Source of the DNA: Fistulifera solaris | Taxonomy: Eukaryota | Assembly (NCBI GenBank): GCA_030295235.1 | Contig: AP026133.1 | Span: 1,116,001 to 1,180,000, forward strand | Reading direction: 5' to 3' | DNA: 64,000 nucleotides | In this document: positions 35,109 through 47,371 of the stretch, piece after piece | Numbering within the stretch: position 1 is the stretch's first letter | Layout of the letters: every line of letters starts with the position of its first letter | Notes under the pieces: model-generated | Told to the model about the DNA's origin: nothing | What the model saw: only the letters and a program-made list of their open reading frames with translations | Databases searched by the model: none | Made by a program: the position numbers and the translations under genes

Positions 35109-35988
35109 AGGCTACACTCTTCATTCCTCCTAAGCGTACTGTCACCACTTGTGGAGGAAGACTCAGCAGTCCGAAAAAATATGACGAATAAGTTACATGG
35201 GTAAATAAAGTTAACTATGGTACATTCTTTATCTGAATCACCGCCTAGTCGAAACACATTTTTCTTTTGTGGTCGTTTGTCCTAAAATAGTATGAAATAA
35301 GATCTTGTTTGCGGAAAAGTGGAATCGTCGTTTGTAACTGAAATCACTGTCGGCCAAATTGTTGGTTCTCGAGACTGAAGAATAAAGAAATAAATGGATA
35401 GAACCTATCAAACCTATGTCCTATCCCTACAAGACAACCGAAGAGAATTGCTTGCTCGTTCTTATGTTTCTCACATTATTGTTCCGCCTCCAACAAGCTC
35501 TCTTGTCATCGATGTTGATAAGGGCCTCTATCTCTATAATCTTTTCAAAAGGTCCAGCCCGATCATGGATGCTTAAAACCGTTTTCAACTATTCGTCTTA
35601 AAAAGTACTATAGGTCAAAGTGTAGACGACCTTTCTTCAAGACTGAGTGAATTCAGTCATTAGACGGCCTCTCAGGACTTCGACCTGCAGGCTACTCGGG
35701 AATTGGGCCACTCTTGTGCTACCAGGTATTGCTCCTTTTTCTTTGATGCATAATACGGAGTAAATTTTTGAAGATAGCATTGACTATATCTCGAGCTGGA
35801 GGGCTTCGAGCCTCCAAATTCTTCGACTTTTACAGTAGACTCCTCATGACTCCTCATGACTGAAAACCAGCCGAAAAAGATTATTGTGTTACGTTACCAG
35901 GTATTTCATCGCAGTCAATTTAAAACTACGATAATAATAAAAATAATAGCCAAACGATAACATTGTTGGTTTGGCTGTGCTTCAGAAG

Positions 35989-37256
35989 ATGTTTCGCATG
36001 AAGCTGTTGGTGTTAATTGCATCTGTTGCTTTTGGCAATGGCTTTGCTTTTGGATTTTTGACGACGTCACAAAGCAGATGGATTTTTGCACAGCATCATC
36101 ATCGAAAGTCACCATCACAATGTGTCTCAAACTGCGCAAGTCGCAAGAACAGTGCTCGTAGATTAGGGAAAGATATAAAAGAAGCTAAAGATGAAGACTT
36201 TCCCGGATACATGCAAATGATAACTCGCGAAGAAATGCTGATGCAATTTCTTTCTGGTTCTTTATGGACACTCCCTAACACATTCGAGATGTTCCTCAAC
36301 CAGTGCACCATTCAGTCTTTTCTGTTCCTTGTCAAGTCGTTAAGAGATCCACAGACCGTCATGTGGCTGGAAGAATTCACCCAACCTGATACGCGAGTGA
36401 CGGTAATACCGGAACCTTCCTTTCCGCAAGAGAATAACCCTGGCTCCTTTTGCAGCAAGTTGCTGGTGTATCATGGTCTAGCTGCTCTCAATACCACGCG
36501 TTTCCCGACGTGGGACTCCTATTTTGTACAATTATTGGAGCAGCCCGTTCAGTCTTATGTGGTGGAATCAGACTTGCCACACGTCCCCAATTATCACCTG
36601 GACATGGAACCCGCTCGCTTGTGTTCGCGCATCATCAGTGTCCGAGAACAGATTGCACGAGAGTTTGTCAAAGATCTCGACGCAATTAGTAGCATGGGTT
36701 GGCGTATGCTGAAATCGTACTGGGAAGAGGTTCGATCACCTGCTGCGATGGTGTAGACGATCGCGCGGCCAAAGTTGCGCGAGAGAGGCGACAACAAAAC
36801 TTTCTTTTCCTTGAAATCAATCCCAACGAAGAGAGTGACTACCAGCCGTCACCTTTACGAAAGGGCAACTTTGATCTCTTGTGCAACTTAGTTACGCAAG
36901 AAAGCATTCATCGAATTCTCAACAACCAGCCGGGCAATCTGTTTCTTCGTCGGTTTTATGTCGACCGGATTCACTATTTCGTAGGCAACCAACAGTACGG
37001 ACGGGCAGACTCGTTTCTGAAAGAGCTTTTACTGCATGTACCTACATTTGAAGACGCATCTGAAGGAACTGTCGCACTCACGGACCCTACTAGTTTGGCT
37101 GAAACGATTCTAAAGATACGAGACGATGTTGTGAGAGAATGGAAGTCGCTGGCGGTAGCCGTACCTGACAAGCACATGATGATTCGAAGGCTGCAACTTG
37201 ATCTTATGTTTGGCCATGTAGCGAGTGAAACGGACGACGCGCAAAGTATGCAATAG
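35989..37256 (+). CDS. Putative plastid protein with two RbcX-like domains
   Basis: Hydrophobic leader followed by a basic/Ser-rich transit-like region. Two internal repeats end in RIISVREQIAREF and TILKIRDDVVREW. Frameshift near 36740. Confidence 0.65.
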
Positions 37257-37336
37257 TTTGGAAAAACGAAAAATCGCAAAACACCATGAATGAAGACATT
37301 CCTTCGGCGATTGACCGAAGTCATTTCGCACGGATG

Positions 37337-37484
37337 GAGCCGATGCTGGAAGAGTCTCAGGGTATGGCGTTTGAGTCTTCTTTAAAGTATTTGTTTTGCT
37401 AAATTCGAGAGAGCCGATACTGGAAGAGTCTCAGGGTATGGAGTTTGAGTCTTCTTTAAAGTATTTGTTTTGCCGAAGTCGAGA
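37337..37484. repeat. Tandem duplication, 2 x 74 bp
   Basis: GAGCCGAT(G/A)CTGGAAGAGTCTCAGGGTATGG...TTTAAAGTATTTGTTTTGC...TCGAGA starts at both 37337 and 37411. Confidence 0.9.
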
Positions 37485-37710
37485 TTTATAGGATCTTTCT
37501 AATCGTGTCGTTGATCAACGATGAAAAGTGTGCCGATACATTGGTGGAGACATTCGACGAGGCGGAATGAAAATGAACCTTCCACCCTCGGGGCTCTCTT
37601 CAGACTTTGTTTATCTAGCAATCTACAAAGATCTTGGGTCTTTGGAGACATTCGACATGTAAGAAAAGTCCGAGACAATACTTTGTCGAGTGAGTTATTT
37701 CTTATCAGAG

Positions 37711-39415
37711 CTATTTCGATTCACGCATTTTCTTCGCCTTGCGAGAAACGGAGACATGTGTAGCCGTCTGCTCCTCCTCTACCTCCATTGGTTGCGCGAC
37801 TCCATGTTCCGCGACATCGGCGTGCAAGAAATTGCAGAGGACGTCAGCATGGTCGGAAAGCAACAGTGCACCATACTGAAAGTTGCTTGAGGCGCGTGTT
37901 ACCAATGTCCTCCCCACCAAAGAGGATCGCTGTGACGAAGACATTTTGACAATCTCAGCCGAACATTATAAACGCATTTACTGAGTAAAGTTCTTCAGTA
38001 CTGGGTCCGTTTGAGCATCGATTACCTTCCTGATCCAAGACAGTGATTTTTCGGTTGTGGTGTAGTAGCTTGTCGAGCCAAGCGGGAGCGCGCCTCAACC
38101 GTTCAAAGCCGTTCTCGTCGTCGCTGTCATCGTCATCGAAATCCGAGGATTCTCCAAACACAGAAGCATCCATCGGTGGGTATGCGCCGACTACGAGCGT
38201 ACGAAGTCCCTTGTGCGACTCCATACACGGGGTCATAATCTTGATGATCGACCTTGTATCAACTAGGAAATCAGTACCGCTCAAATCCAAGTGATTCAAC
38301 TTTGTGTTCGCCGTGATAACGCGGTTCACAGCTTCTGCCACTTGTGCTATCTTGTGACCTTCAAACAGCACATTGTTCCCGAGGTCTCGGTGATAAAAGT
38401 TGAAATACAAGCGACCAAAGTGTCCGATCTTTGCCAAACGATGCAAGAACTTGACGAGAAATTTACAAAAGTCTTTCACCTTGTCCAGGTAGATGGTAAT
38501 GCGAAGGTCTTTGGCATGAATCTAGAGGAAACGAAAATTCATTGGCAGCATGTGCTTCGCATAGACTTTGTCAGCGAGGGCCTTGGTGTTCGCGGAGAAC
38601 GGAAGAAGAGCACACTCTTCACCAACTCTGCCAATCTGGAGTTTTTCCACTACTTTCCCCAGTTGCAAAAGCCGTTCAAAATTGTTGCGGCTAAAGGGCG
38701 TAGTGCTGGTGTCATAGCTGATCGAAAGTGAGCCAAACGAAGGCTTTCGATTCGCGAGAGCGTTGATGAAAGCTGTTCCTTCGTTTGTAAAGCGAAATCC
38801 TTCCTTACACTTATGATTCTTGACAAACTGCGATTTTGCAGGCTGGGGCCGGGTCGCCAGAATGAAGGACAGTTCGGGGCTCCAGGTTCCTGTGTACAGC
38901 TCGAACTCTCGTTGCGGATTCGCATCCAACATTGAGCCAGTTGGTCTGGCTGAAGATCGGCGAAATCAAAGCCGTGCTTCTTGCGGATGTCATCCTCAAA
39001 CGTCCAAGCTTCCAAATAGACTTGAGTTTCCTTCGACTCCTTGAGAGACCAAAGAAAGACGGCTGTTTCCAAGACACTCTCTTTCGTCTTTCCGTAGATC
39101 GCACATTGAAAGTCGAATGCGACCGACCCAAAGCACAAAGCAAACATTCGGCTCTTCAAACTGCACACGCATAGGTTCATGGTAATCATTTTCACAAACA
39201 CAAATGAGGGTGTTATTATCACACCAGATAGCTGCCTTGCTGTACAACTTCCAGTCCAAGTCGTTCAAGTGCGTTGGTTCCCGTATCATTTTGTATTTGA
39301 GTAAATCATTTCTGTCCTTGTTTTCGGTCAGTCGAAACGACTTTTGCTCCGACGATAAACGTTCTTTCGGAATGAGCTGTAGACGAGAATCTTTCTTCGT
39401 CATTTGTTCGTTCAT
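37711..39415 (-). pseudogene. RNI/LRR-like family paralog with at least 4 frameshifts (pseudogene or sequencing errors)
   Basis: Fragments 39415-39150, 39222-38930, 38932-38522, 38479-37955 and 37944-37711 are collinear and homologous to 29204-30631. They include the LRR-like LNHLDLSGT. Confidence 0.65.
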
Positions 39416-40005
39416 TTTGATCTTTGCGGCGGAGGTAACGAAAGTGTTGATTGATGGCAATTGTGAATTGTGAGACGATGTTGTGAGCGATGCGTTCTTC
39501 CTCGCAAACTTGCTTCCGTTATGACCGCATGCAACGAAGAGACATTCCTTAAATAATGAGAAAGATACGCTTTTTCGATATGTACGACATTTTGTACGAG
39601 GGGCTACGTGGGTCCCGGATTTTCTTTGGGTCACGAAAGTCATACCACCGTGCAACGTATTTACAAGTACTCTCATCCAAAGTGTACTTTCGACTTATCT
39701 ACGACTGGTTTTCAGTCATGAATTCTTTTTTACTCGGCGACAATGCTGCCTACCAATCGCTCGTTTAACAAAATATTGTGATTGTATTTGTCGTTGCTGC
39801 AATGCAATAATCTTTCGCAGCGTTTGAATTACACGTCATTCTATTTTACGTCGAAGAGCCTTGCTAAACGGTTTCTTCGTGTTTATTTACTATAGACTAA
39901 AGTGTTGTCTGTTTTTCGTCAAGACTGCATTTCAGTCACGAATCATGAGGCACCGACAACGATGATCATTGATCATTGATCGGGTACAATGATCACTGAT
40001 CACTA

Positions 40006-40902
40006 ATGACAATGATGTATTTCACGTATTTATCTTCGACAACACTGCCGAAAAGAGCCTCCGCTATGCGATTGTTACCTTTTCTATCACGTACAGCAAT
40101 TACCTTCCTGCGAGGAGGCGCCAACAATAGTACAATGAGCACACAAGAAGTAACCTCGGTGCCAATCGCCCCTGCGTCATTTCTACTACTAGACTGTTTG
40201 CCTCCTCTCGACAAGACAATGTATCAACGGCGAATCATCCTTGTTCGTCACGGAGAAACAGACTGGAACAAACGAGGTCTTATGCAGGGAGGGGGATTTG
40301 ACATTGAATTGAACGAAAACGGCAAACGACAAGCGAGTCGGGTAGCACTCGAGTTGGTGAATATCATGGCGAACCGAGAAACGGTTATATTAGCGTCGTC
40401 GCATCTTCAACGCGCTGTACAGACCGCTGATGTTTTGCAGGAGATCTGGAAAGCGCAACATGAGCACTTGGATATTGCTCGAATCACCATGAATGAATTC
40501 GGTGAAATGCGATTTGGTAATTTGGAAGGGAATGCGCTGCGAGGACCCGAGGCCACAGACGAGAGTAAGGCGCACTTTCGTGACAACAGTTACAAAATGA
40601 CACAAGACAAACACGTGTGTTGGCCGGGAGGTGGAGAGTCAACAGCTGATGTGGAAACGAGAGGTTTGCAGGGACTCAACGCCCTTACTAAGAAGTATCC
40701 AGACGCTGACTTGCTCGTCATTGTAGCACACGGACGGTTCAACAAAATACTCCTGGCGTCGCTCCTTTACGGAAATGTGCTACAATACTCAGATATTGAA
40801 CAAGGAAACACGTGTATCAACGTAATCGACCAGAGAAAGGATGGGAAGTACGACCAAATCGTTCTAAATTACTTAGGACACCTTCGAAGTGAGTTCGGTT
40901 GA
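40006..40902 (+). CDS. Histidine phosphatase superfamily (phosphoglycerate mutase-like) protein
   Basis: LVRHGETDWN, SSHLQRAVQTA, EMRFGNLEG, PGGGES and VAHG. The start codon is uncertain (40006, 40066 or later). Confidence 0.9.
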   Translation: MTMMYFTYLSSTTLPKRASAMRLLPFLSRTAITFLRGGANNSTMSTQEVTSVPIAPASFLLLDCLPPLDKTMYQRRIILVRHGETDWNKRGLMQGGGFDIELNENGKRQASRVALELVNIMANRETVILASSHLQRAVQTADVLQEIWKAQHEHLDIARITMNEFGEMRFGNLEGNALRGPEATDESKAHFRDNSYKMTQDKHVCWPGGGESTADVETRGLQGLNALTKKYPDADLLVIVAHGRFNKILLASLLYGNVLQYSDIEQGNTCINVIDQRKDGKYDQIVLNYLGHLRSEFG

Positions 40903-41202
40903 TAGCGAACGGATTCATATTTGATAAAGGAAAGTTTGTTGATCGTAAATGGCTATTAGTATCAAAAGGGCTACGATGAACGGCTCGTTCATGGTGGAAC
41001 GACTACTCTAATACTTTCATACAAGGAGGTGTTCAACAATCAAATCATATCTTGGTTGAGCTCCAGTGATAGCGGAACTCAAGCGGTTATGTCTGTTCAT
41101 GGGCGCTGAATAGGTCTATTTCACACAACCCTTGCAAGTACATGAAACATGTTTAATCTTATAGAATACATTACCTCTAACACATATCCGATACCATGTC
41201 AA

Positions 41203-44200
41203 TTACCGGGTGTTGCTTCCAGCAGAAGATTGCAGACAAAATTCGGTGAAAGTCATGTTATTTTCCGTGGAGATTGCGATAGGTTCAGGATAATTGAAGA
41301 GAGTTACGCACTCGCAAAGAACCGGACGTCGGCTGGTTCCGTAACCGCTTCCACAGCTGTAAATAATCTCGCACAGGGAGCGCGTCGAGTCATGGCAACC
41401 AATGACATCCTCTAAACTCGTTTCGCAGCGAATAGATTGAACGTTTTGAGCTTTGTCGTCAATCATCGGCACTACATCGCGTTCCGGTATGATATTGAAG
41501 GTCTTACTGTCAAGAGCTTCTGCCGAGAGTGGAGGGTCGAAGGAACTTCGAGACAGCATCGCGTTGGGGGCCGATAGACCAACCCCGAGAGCTCCTGTTT
41601 GTGCAGCAGATCTTGATATCAAAATGAAAGCCAGTTTAGTAGCCGCGATCATCACTGTACAGTCACGTTGAAGTCGACACTTACATTAAAGTCAAGCCAC
41701 CCCCTAAGCTGTGTCCTGTGATACCGACTCCACCGTATATTCCAACTCTCACGCCTTCCTGAATATATTTGACAAACGCCGTTGTATCCCGGTAAAAAGA
41801 TACGCGGTCGATACTCTCACTCTCAATCTGTGACAATAATCTAATAAGTCTTCTCATCACCGGCGTGAATACGATACCAACCGGTAGCAGTTCTCTCAAG
41901 CCCTGCATCAAAAGGCGGCGCTCCACAATTGAGCATCAGTTAACATGTCCCAATTATTTGTTGTTCCGCGAATGAGCACGTAGGAAAAGTTATTGTTCTG
42001 AGGAAATGTGACAAGCTTGAATGAGACCGCTGAATATTCGTCCTCAGCCCGAGAACGCCACTCCTCAACCACATCATCTCTATCAACCGCCCCACCATCA
42101 AACCATCCATCAAGTTCTCTTTGAGTAACGTTTCCTCTTCCACGGTAAGCAAGGCCAGCCAAGAACGCAAAATCTGTTGTCAAGGTAAGAAATCAGGAAT
42201 CGCACCATTACACACTCAGTCAAACGACGTACCGGCCATAGACTGCAAGGGACTGTTGCCCAGATCACCACTGATTTTGCAGGAAGGATATCGCGTAGAG
42301 TCTTGCTGGTCATATCTGTAATCAAATGAATACGTATACGGTGTATCGAACGTAGCCAACGAGTCCACGTCGTTTGACACAGCACCAAGAAAAAGAGCAA
42401 GGAACACAAATCCAATAGTTCCGAGAACAGTCACCCAAGCGCCCCGACTACGACCCCTTGTAATGTTACCGATAATCTCACTCATGCGCGATTGATTTTT
42501 CCAAACTTCTTCCTCGTTGGCGCCGTCGACGATATCCATGTGACCAGTTTCCTCCAGAACAAGCACAGCGTTCACATAATATCGACAGAAACTGATTCCA
42601 GCAACGACGAAGAATATCAAAGCTAGTGGATAGTTTGAGATGGCCATCAAGCTGATCAACGGATAAATGAAAAGAGACCAACTTCGACAACGAACATGAC
42701 CCAGCAGAAAAATTCCGTCGGTTTAGAAATTCGAAACACCTCATCGACCGCGTAGACGGCCTGACTGACCTCAACCTCTTCACTTTTCTGTTGGAACTGA
42801 TCGCGGGCAAAGTTGATATCTGAACCGAACTTATAAAGCCGGTAAGACGATTTGAATGTCGGGTAAAAAAAGCAGAGCCCAGCCGCAATGATGAACATTG
42901 TAAATGGTACTCCCATACCGAGATAGATGAGCAGAGAAAAGAAGAAGAACACGAGCAAGAATGAGCCAATACCCGAGCACAAAATCGAACTTTTGATCTC
43001 CATCTCAGTCAATGCACCAGGGCCTTTGACTATCGCAATGTATCGCGATTCCCTTTTCCGGCAAAAGATCTTCTCCAGAGTCCACTGTTAAGTACGCGAG
43101 TGAGTGAGTGTGAGATACCGATCATCCGAAGGTATTCGAAGATGAATAGCAGATGCGTACCAATTCTTTTGTGACAAATGGCCGAACATCGCGGGCATCA
43201 TCGACAGTGTAGATCCGCTCTTCTTTGTCTTCTTCCCAGGCCTCGAAAAGATTGAGGCCGGTTCCTTGACGAAACTTTGGATTTAACGTCAGCTTCGAAT
43301 AGAATGACATGCGCTCGTCCAACGTTGACGACACCATGTTGCGAATTGACGCTTGCTTTCCTTCGGTGTATTCACTATTCACGATGGAGCCCAAAGAAAG
43401 GTAGTTGATCGTTTTGCGCCCTCCGTATGTCGATACTTGACGAAGTAGAATGCATCGGTGAAGGACGTTCAACAAAGACGAATCATTGTCATGGTATCGG
43501 TTCTTGCAGACTTCCCAGCACGCTTTCTGCTCATAGAGCAGTACGTTCGCACAGAAAATGAGGAAGATTACAAAGACGGAGAAAAGCCAAACCATGAGCG
43601 TAATCTCCCACCATTCGTCGCTCCCCGAAAGAAGCGTGCAACATAAAATGAAGATAGGGAACCCCAAAAAGCAAAGGAAGAACATCCATTCCACCACGAC
43701 AGGATCAATTGATCGCAGTGCAAAGTTCCGAATCAAGAAGTGACCGTTAAAGACATCCGAAATGTAAGCACCAGCAATGACTAGAGCGGAAGCTAGCCCA
43801 TACACAAGCATAGGGAACGCCAACACAACACCGACTGCATTTCCGACATGAGCATTGCCTTTATTTGTAACACCCGCTTCGATGGCTAGATCGAGAACCG
43901 TGAAGAGAAGGATCTGCATACAAAAGACGAATAAAAATCCCGTCCAAAAGGCTGCGACCAAAGTATAAATGATACGGAGAAACCGAACCCCTTCGGAGGT
44001 ATCATGAATTCGTCGAATCTCAATTTCGTGTTTCTTTGTTTTCTCATTGAGCGTTTCTTCGAGAATAAACTGAGAATCATCCGCCGCAATAATACGCGCA
44101 GCGCCCTGTTTATCGCGGTAACGAACCGTGCTCGTCCGGATGGGGAGAGTAAAGTGATCCTTCAATGCCGTGATGCGAGGTCCTTCTTCTGAGTCTTGAA

Positions 44201-44285
44201 TCTTGACCGCAAAACCTCCCCTCGAGGGATGGTCAAAGGCCTCTTCCGGCGTAGGATCTTCGGGATCTGCTTTGTCAAGAGACAT
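41203..44285 (-). CDS. Multi-pass membrane protein with a C-terminal class-3 lipase domain
   Basis: Many TM helices, then IRGTTNNWDMLTD, ITGHSLGGG, DVVPMID and CH. Introns 43085-43160, 42174-42232 and 41612-41684; frameshifts near 42660 and 41915. Confidence 0.85.
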
Positions 44286-44681
44286 TATATGCAAGAGGCT
44301 TTTGCTGATTGATAAAATATTCGGTTTCAGTTGCGAATGAGAGATACGAAGTCTGCCAAACAGAATGCTGAACGCTTTATTCAATTGTTGCTCGCACAAC
44401 GATCTTTTCCTAATCGAAACACAAAACCGTGAGAAAGTTCTTTTTACGGGTACAGTGATGGCTGAAGAATGCAGGACATGCAAACACTATCAAAGAGAAT
44501 GTGGGCTTGGCTTCCGTTGCTGAAGAATATCGTTTACCTTCAAATATCTATAAAACGAGAAATGAGAATCAGCAGAATTCGACAAAAGTATAACACTTCC
44601 CCAGCCTTATAAGGCTAGGGTTACGACTGTGTCTTCGGTTTTCCTGGGACCCAAAACGCGGTAAGTTCTTGATTGCACACT

Positions 44682-45032
44682 TCCGACTATTGCAACATGT
44701 CCGACTATTGCAACATGTCCGACTATTGCAACATGTCCGACTATTGCAACATGTCCGACTATTGCAACATGTCCGACTATTGCAACATGTCCGACTATGG
44801 CAACATGTCCGACTATGGCAACATGTCCGACTATGGCAACATGTCCGACTATTGCAACATGTCCGACTATTGCAACATGTCCGACTATTGCAACATGTCC
44901 GACTATTGCAACATGTCCGACTATTGCAACATGTCCGACTATTGCAACATGTCCGACTATTGCAACATGTCCGACTATTGCAACATGTCCGACTATTGCA
45001 ACATGTCCGACTATTGCAACATGTCCGACTAT
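44682..45032. repeat. 18-bp minisatellite, about 19.5 copies of TCCGACTATTGCAACATG
   Basis: Near-perfect tandem array; three adjacent units carry a T>G change (TATGGCAA). There are no spacers. Confidence 0.97.
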
Positions 45033-45566
45033 CGACGAGTTGCAGTTGCAAGTGTCCAGCGAGTACCGTACCGGTACCGCTTCCCTACTTATTTGAACAA
45101 CAATAAACCTTAATCGGAGTAACTTTCATTGAAGAAACGTGTTAAGCGAAGAGACATGACCTTTCTGAACGGTCGCCGTACGCACCACCGCGAATTTTTT
45201 GCAGGTATCGCAGAGACATGAAGAAGGGGAAAATCGCACTTTTGCATTTGCCTCTATTTTTATAAAAAAATAATAGCACTATGTCGATTATTAGTGAATT
45301 AAGCCATAAAGTTTCAAGTTATTTCCAGTTTTCGCAATTATTTCCTGCAGTCTCCTGGTACCGGTACGGTACCGTACCTGGTATGTACAAGTAGGGGAGG
45401 AAAGACCGCCGCACCAGCCACCGTGAATTTTCGTTTAGTTCTCGTCACCATCGCAATCATCGCAACCCACAGCAACAGGCTATAAAGCAACTCCGTACTT
45501 GTTTTTGTTGAGTCGTTTTGCAATTATTCTTAGCCCCATTATAAGGTTCTCGGTCTATTGTCAGAA

Positions 45567-46719
45567 TGAGAAAAAGTCCTTTCACAAGACTGATACAACT
45601 GCTCCTGCGACAGCAGCTTGCGTCCTTCTTTTCGCAGAATTTGCTCGCGTAGAGTGTTTTCTAGAAAGGCCGTTGACTACACATATTCACAATACTATTT
45701 TCAGCGCAAAACGACAATTCAATTTTGCTGTAAATGGATGGGTGCAAGATCAATACGGCGAATGGGAATGGGAAGAAGACGACCCGAATTATCAGGCATC
45801 GACATCTGTCGTGATCCAAGTATCGGCAACGCCTCAACTCCCCTCGGGAACATACCGACCCAAGCAATCACTCGGACAAAATTACCTGAAGGATCCGAAT
45901 ACTGTCGCTAAGATTGTTCGCGCCTTTCATCAAGACGCCAGTCGCTACCAACCAACTGTTGAAGAAATTGTCGAGCTAGGACCGGGCGCTGGCGCATTGA
46001 CTGACAAACTCGTCGAAGTCTACGGCGCAAGTCATCTACATTGCATAGAAATTGATGAACGATCTATTCAGTTACTAGAACAGAAGCATCCGACATTGAA
46101 AATCACGCACGCCGATGTATTACAGGTCGATTATTCCGAAATGGCAGTCGAGCGACCACTGGTCGTTATTGGCAATTTACCGTATTACATTACATCCCAA
46201 ATTTTGTTTGCCTTGGCGGATGCAGCACATGTCGGAGCTGTTTCGAGTGCCACTGTTACAATGCAATGGGAAGTCGGTCAGCGTATGATCGCCAAACCGA
46301 AGACGAAAGACTATGGCATTCTGTCAGTGGTCTTTCAGCTGTACGCAGAAGTTGTCTGTCACTTCAAAATACCGCCTACTGTATTTTATCCGAAACCAGC
46401 GGTCGACTCGGCATTGATTGGCTTGCATTTTTATTCACCATCTCTTTTGCGTGAAAGATTACAGGGAGTCGCACCCGTGCAATTGCGCCGAGTGGTTACG
46501 ACAGCATTTCAACAACGCCGAAAAACATTACGGAATAGTTTAAAGAAACTTTGTCAACAGGAAGGAGTAGAACTATCCGAGGAATGGGCAGTGCAGCGAC
46601 CCGAAGAACTGACACCGGAAGACTTTGTTGCCTTGACCAAGTCTATCTTCGGGACACAACCCGAGATGCAATTAGGGAAGAAAGTGTGGAGGAAACTTAA
46701 GCATGGTAGCAATAACTAA
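45567..46719 (+). CDS. ksgA: SSU rRNA adenine dimethyltransferase (KsgA/RsmA/Dim1 family), probably organellar
   Basis: PKQSLGQNYL, VELGPGAGALT, IEIDER, IGNLPYYIT, FYPKPAVDS and AFQQRRKTLRNSL. The start codon and N-terminus are uncertain. Confidence 0.9.
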
Positions 46720-47371
46720 AGTTCAAAGAGCGAGTTATTGATATAAAAAACACCGGTGCCGCTTGGTTGGTGCTGTTGTCTGTTGTCTTTGCTTAAGGCT
46801 TGTACGAAACCAGCCGCTTTAGAAGTACTAGTTACTATCCAATAAAGTGTGGGTTTCGTGCTGTGACTCAACAGGATTCCAGTCCCGGATATTTTCAGCA
46901 AAAGGGCAGTACCGGTGTCTCTCTCTTTCCTCTTGATTTCTCAACCGTTGACAACACAAAGGATGAGTGCACAAAGCCTCAACGGACAAACGAAAATGAC
47001 CCTCCGCTCGAAGGTTGTTCTACTTTCTGATGGTACAGTCATTTTGACGCCTTTTCTCGCTGCCGCCACCAGCAACCAGCAACGCGTTGTTATCGATCTT
47101 CACCGCCTCCCTTGCAGCAAGCGCGCCAGAGATGATTATTACTGCCATGCACCACTTGAAGGAAGAATAGAGCTGAAACGAAGTAAGCCTGTTCGTAAGA
47201 CTAATTTCTCATTCGTCAGTCGGTCGGGTAGCCTAAAGGTTGCTGAGAAAACGAGATATATATTGTGTCGCTCATAATCTATTTCTGAGGAGAGTGAAAC
47301 CAACGGTTGCGTGGCTTTTTTTCGTCTTTCCTCGAGAATATACAGAAACATCAAAGATTTCAAACTGCAAC

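Noticed and set aside
44682..45032. CRISPR array or telomere repeat
   Set aside because: Units are contiguous with no unique spacers, there are no cas genes, and the unit is not TTAGGG-like.
44569..45113. Cys-rich repeat ORFs (RTCCNS, SDYCNM, TCPTIA) as metallothionein-like proteins
   Set aside because: They are by-products of a stop-free 18-bp unit. The absence of synonymous variation between units argues against protein-level selection.
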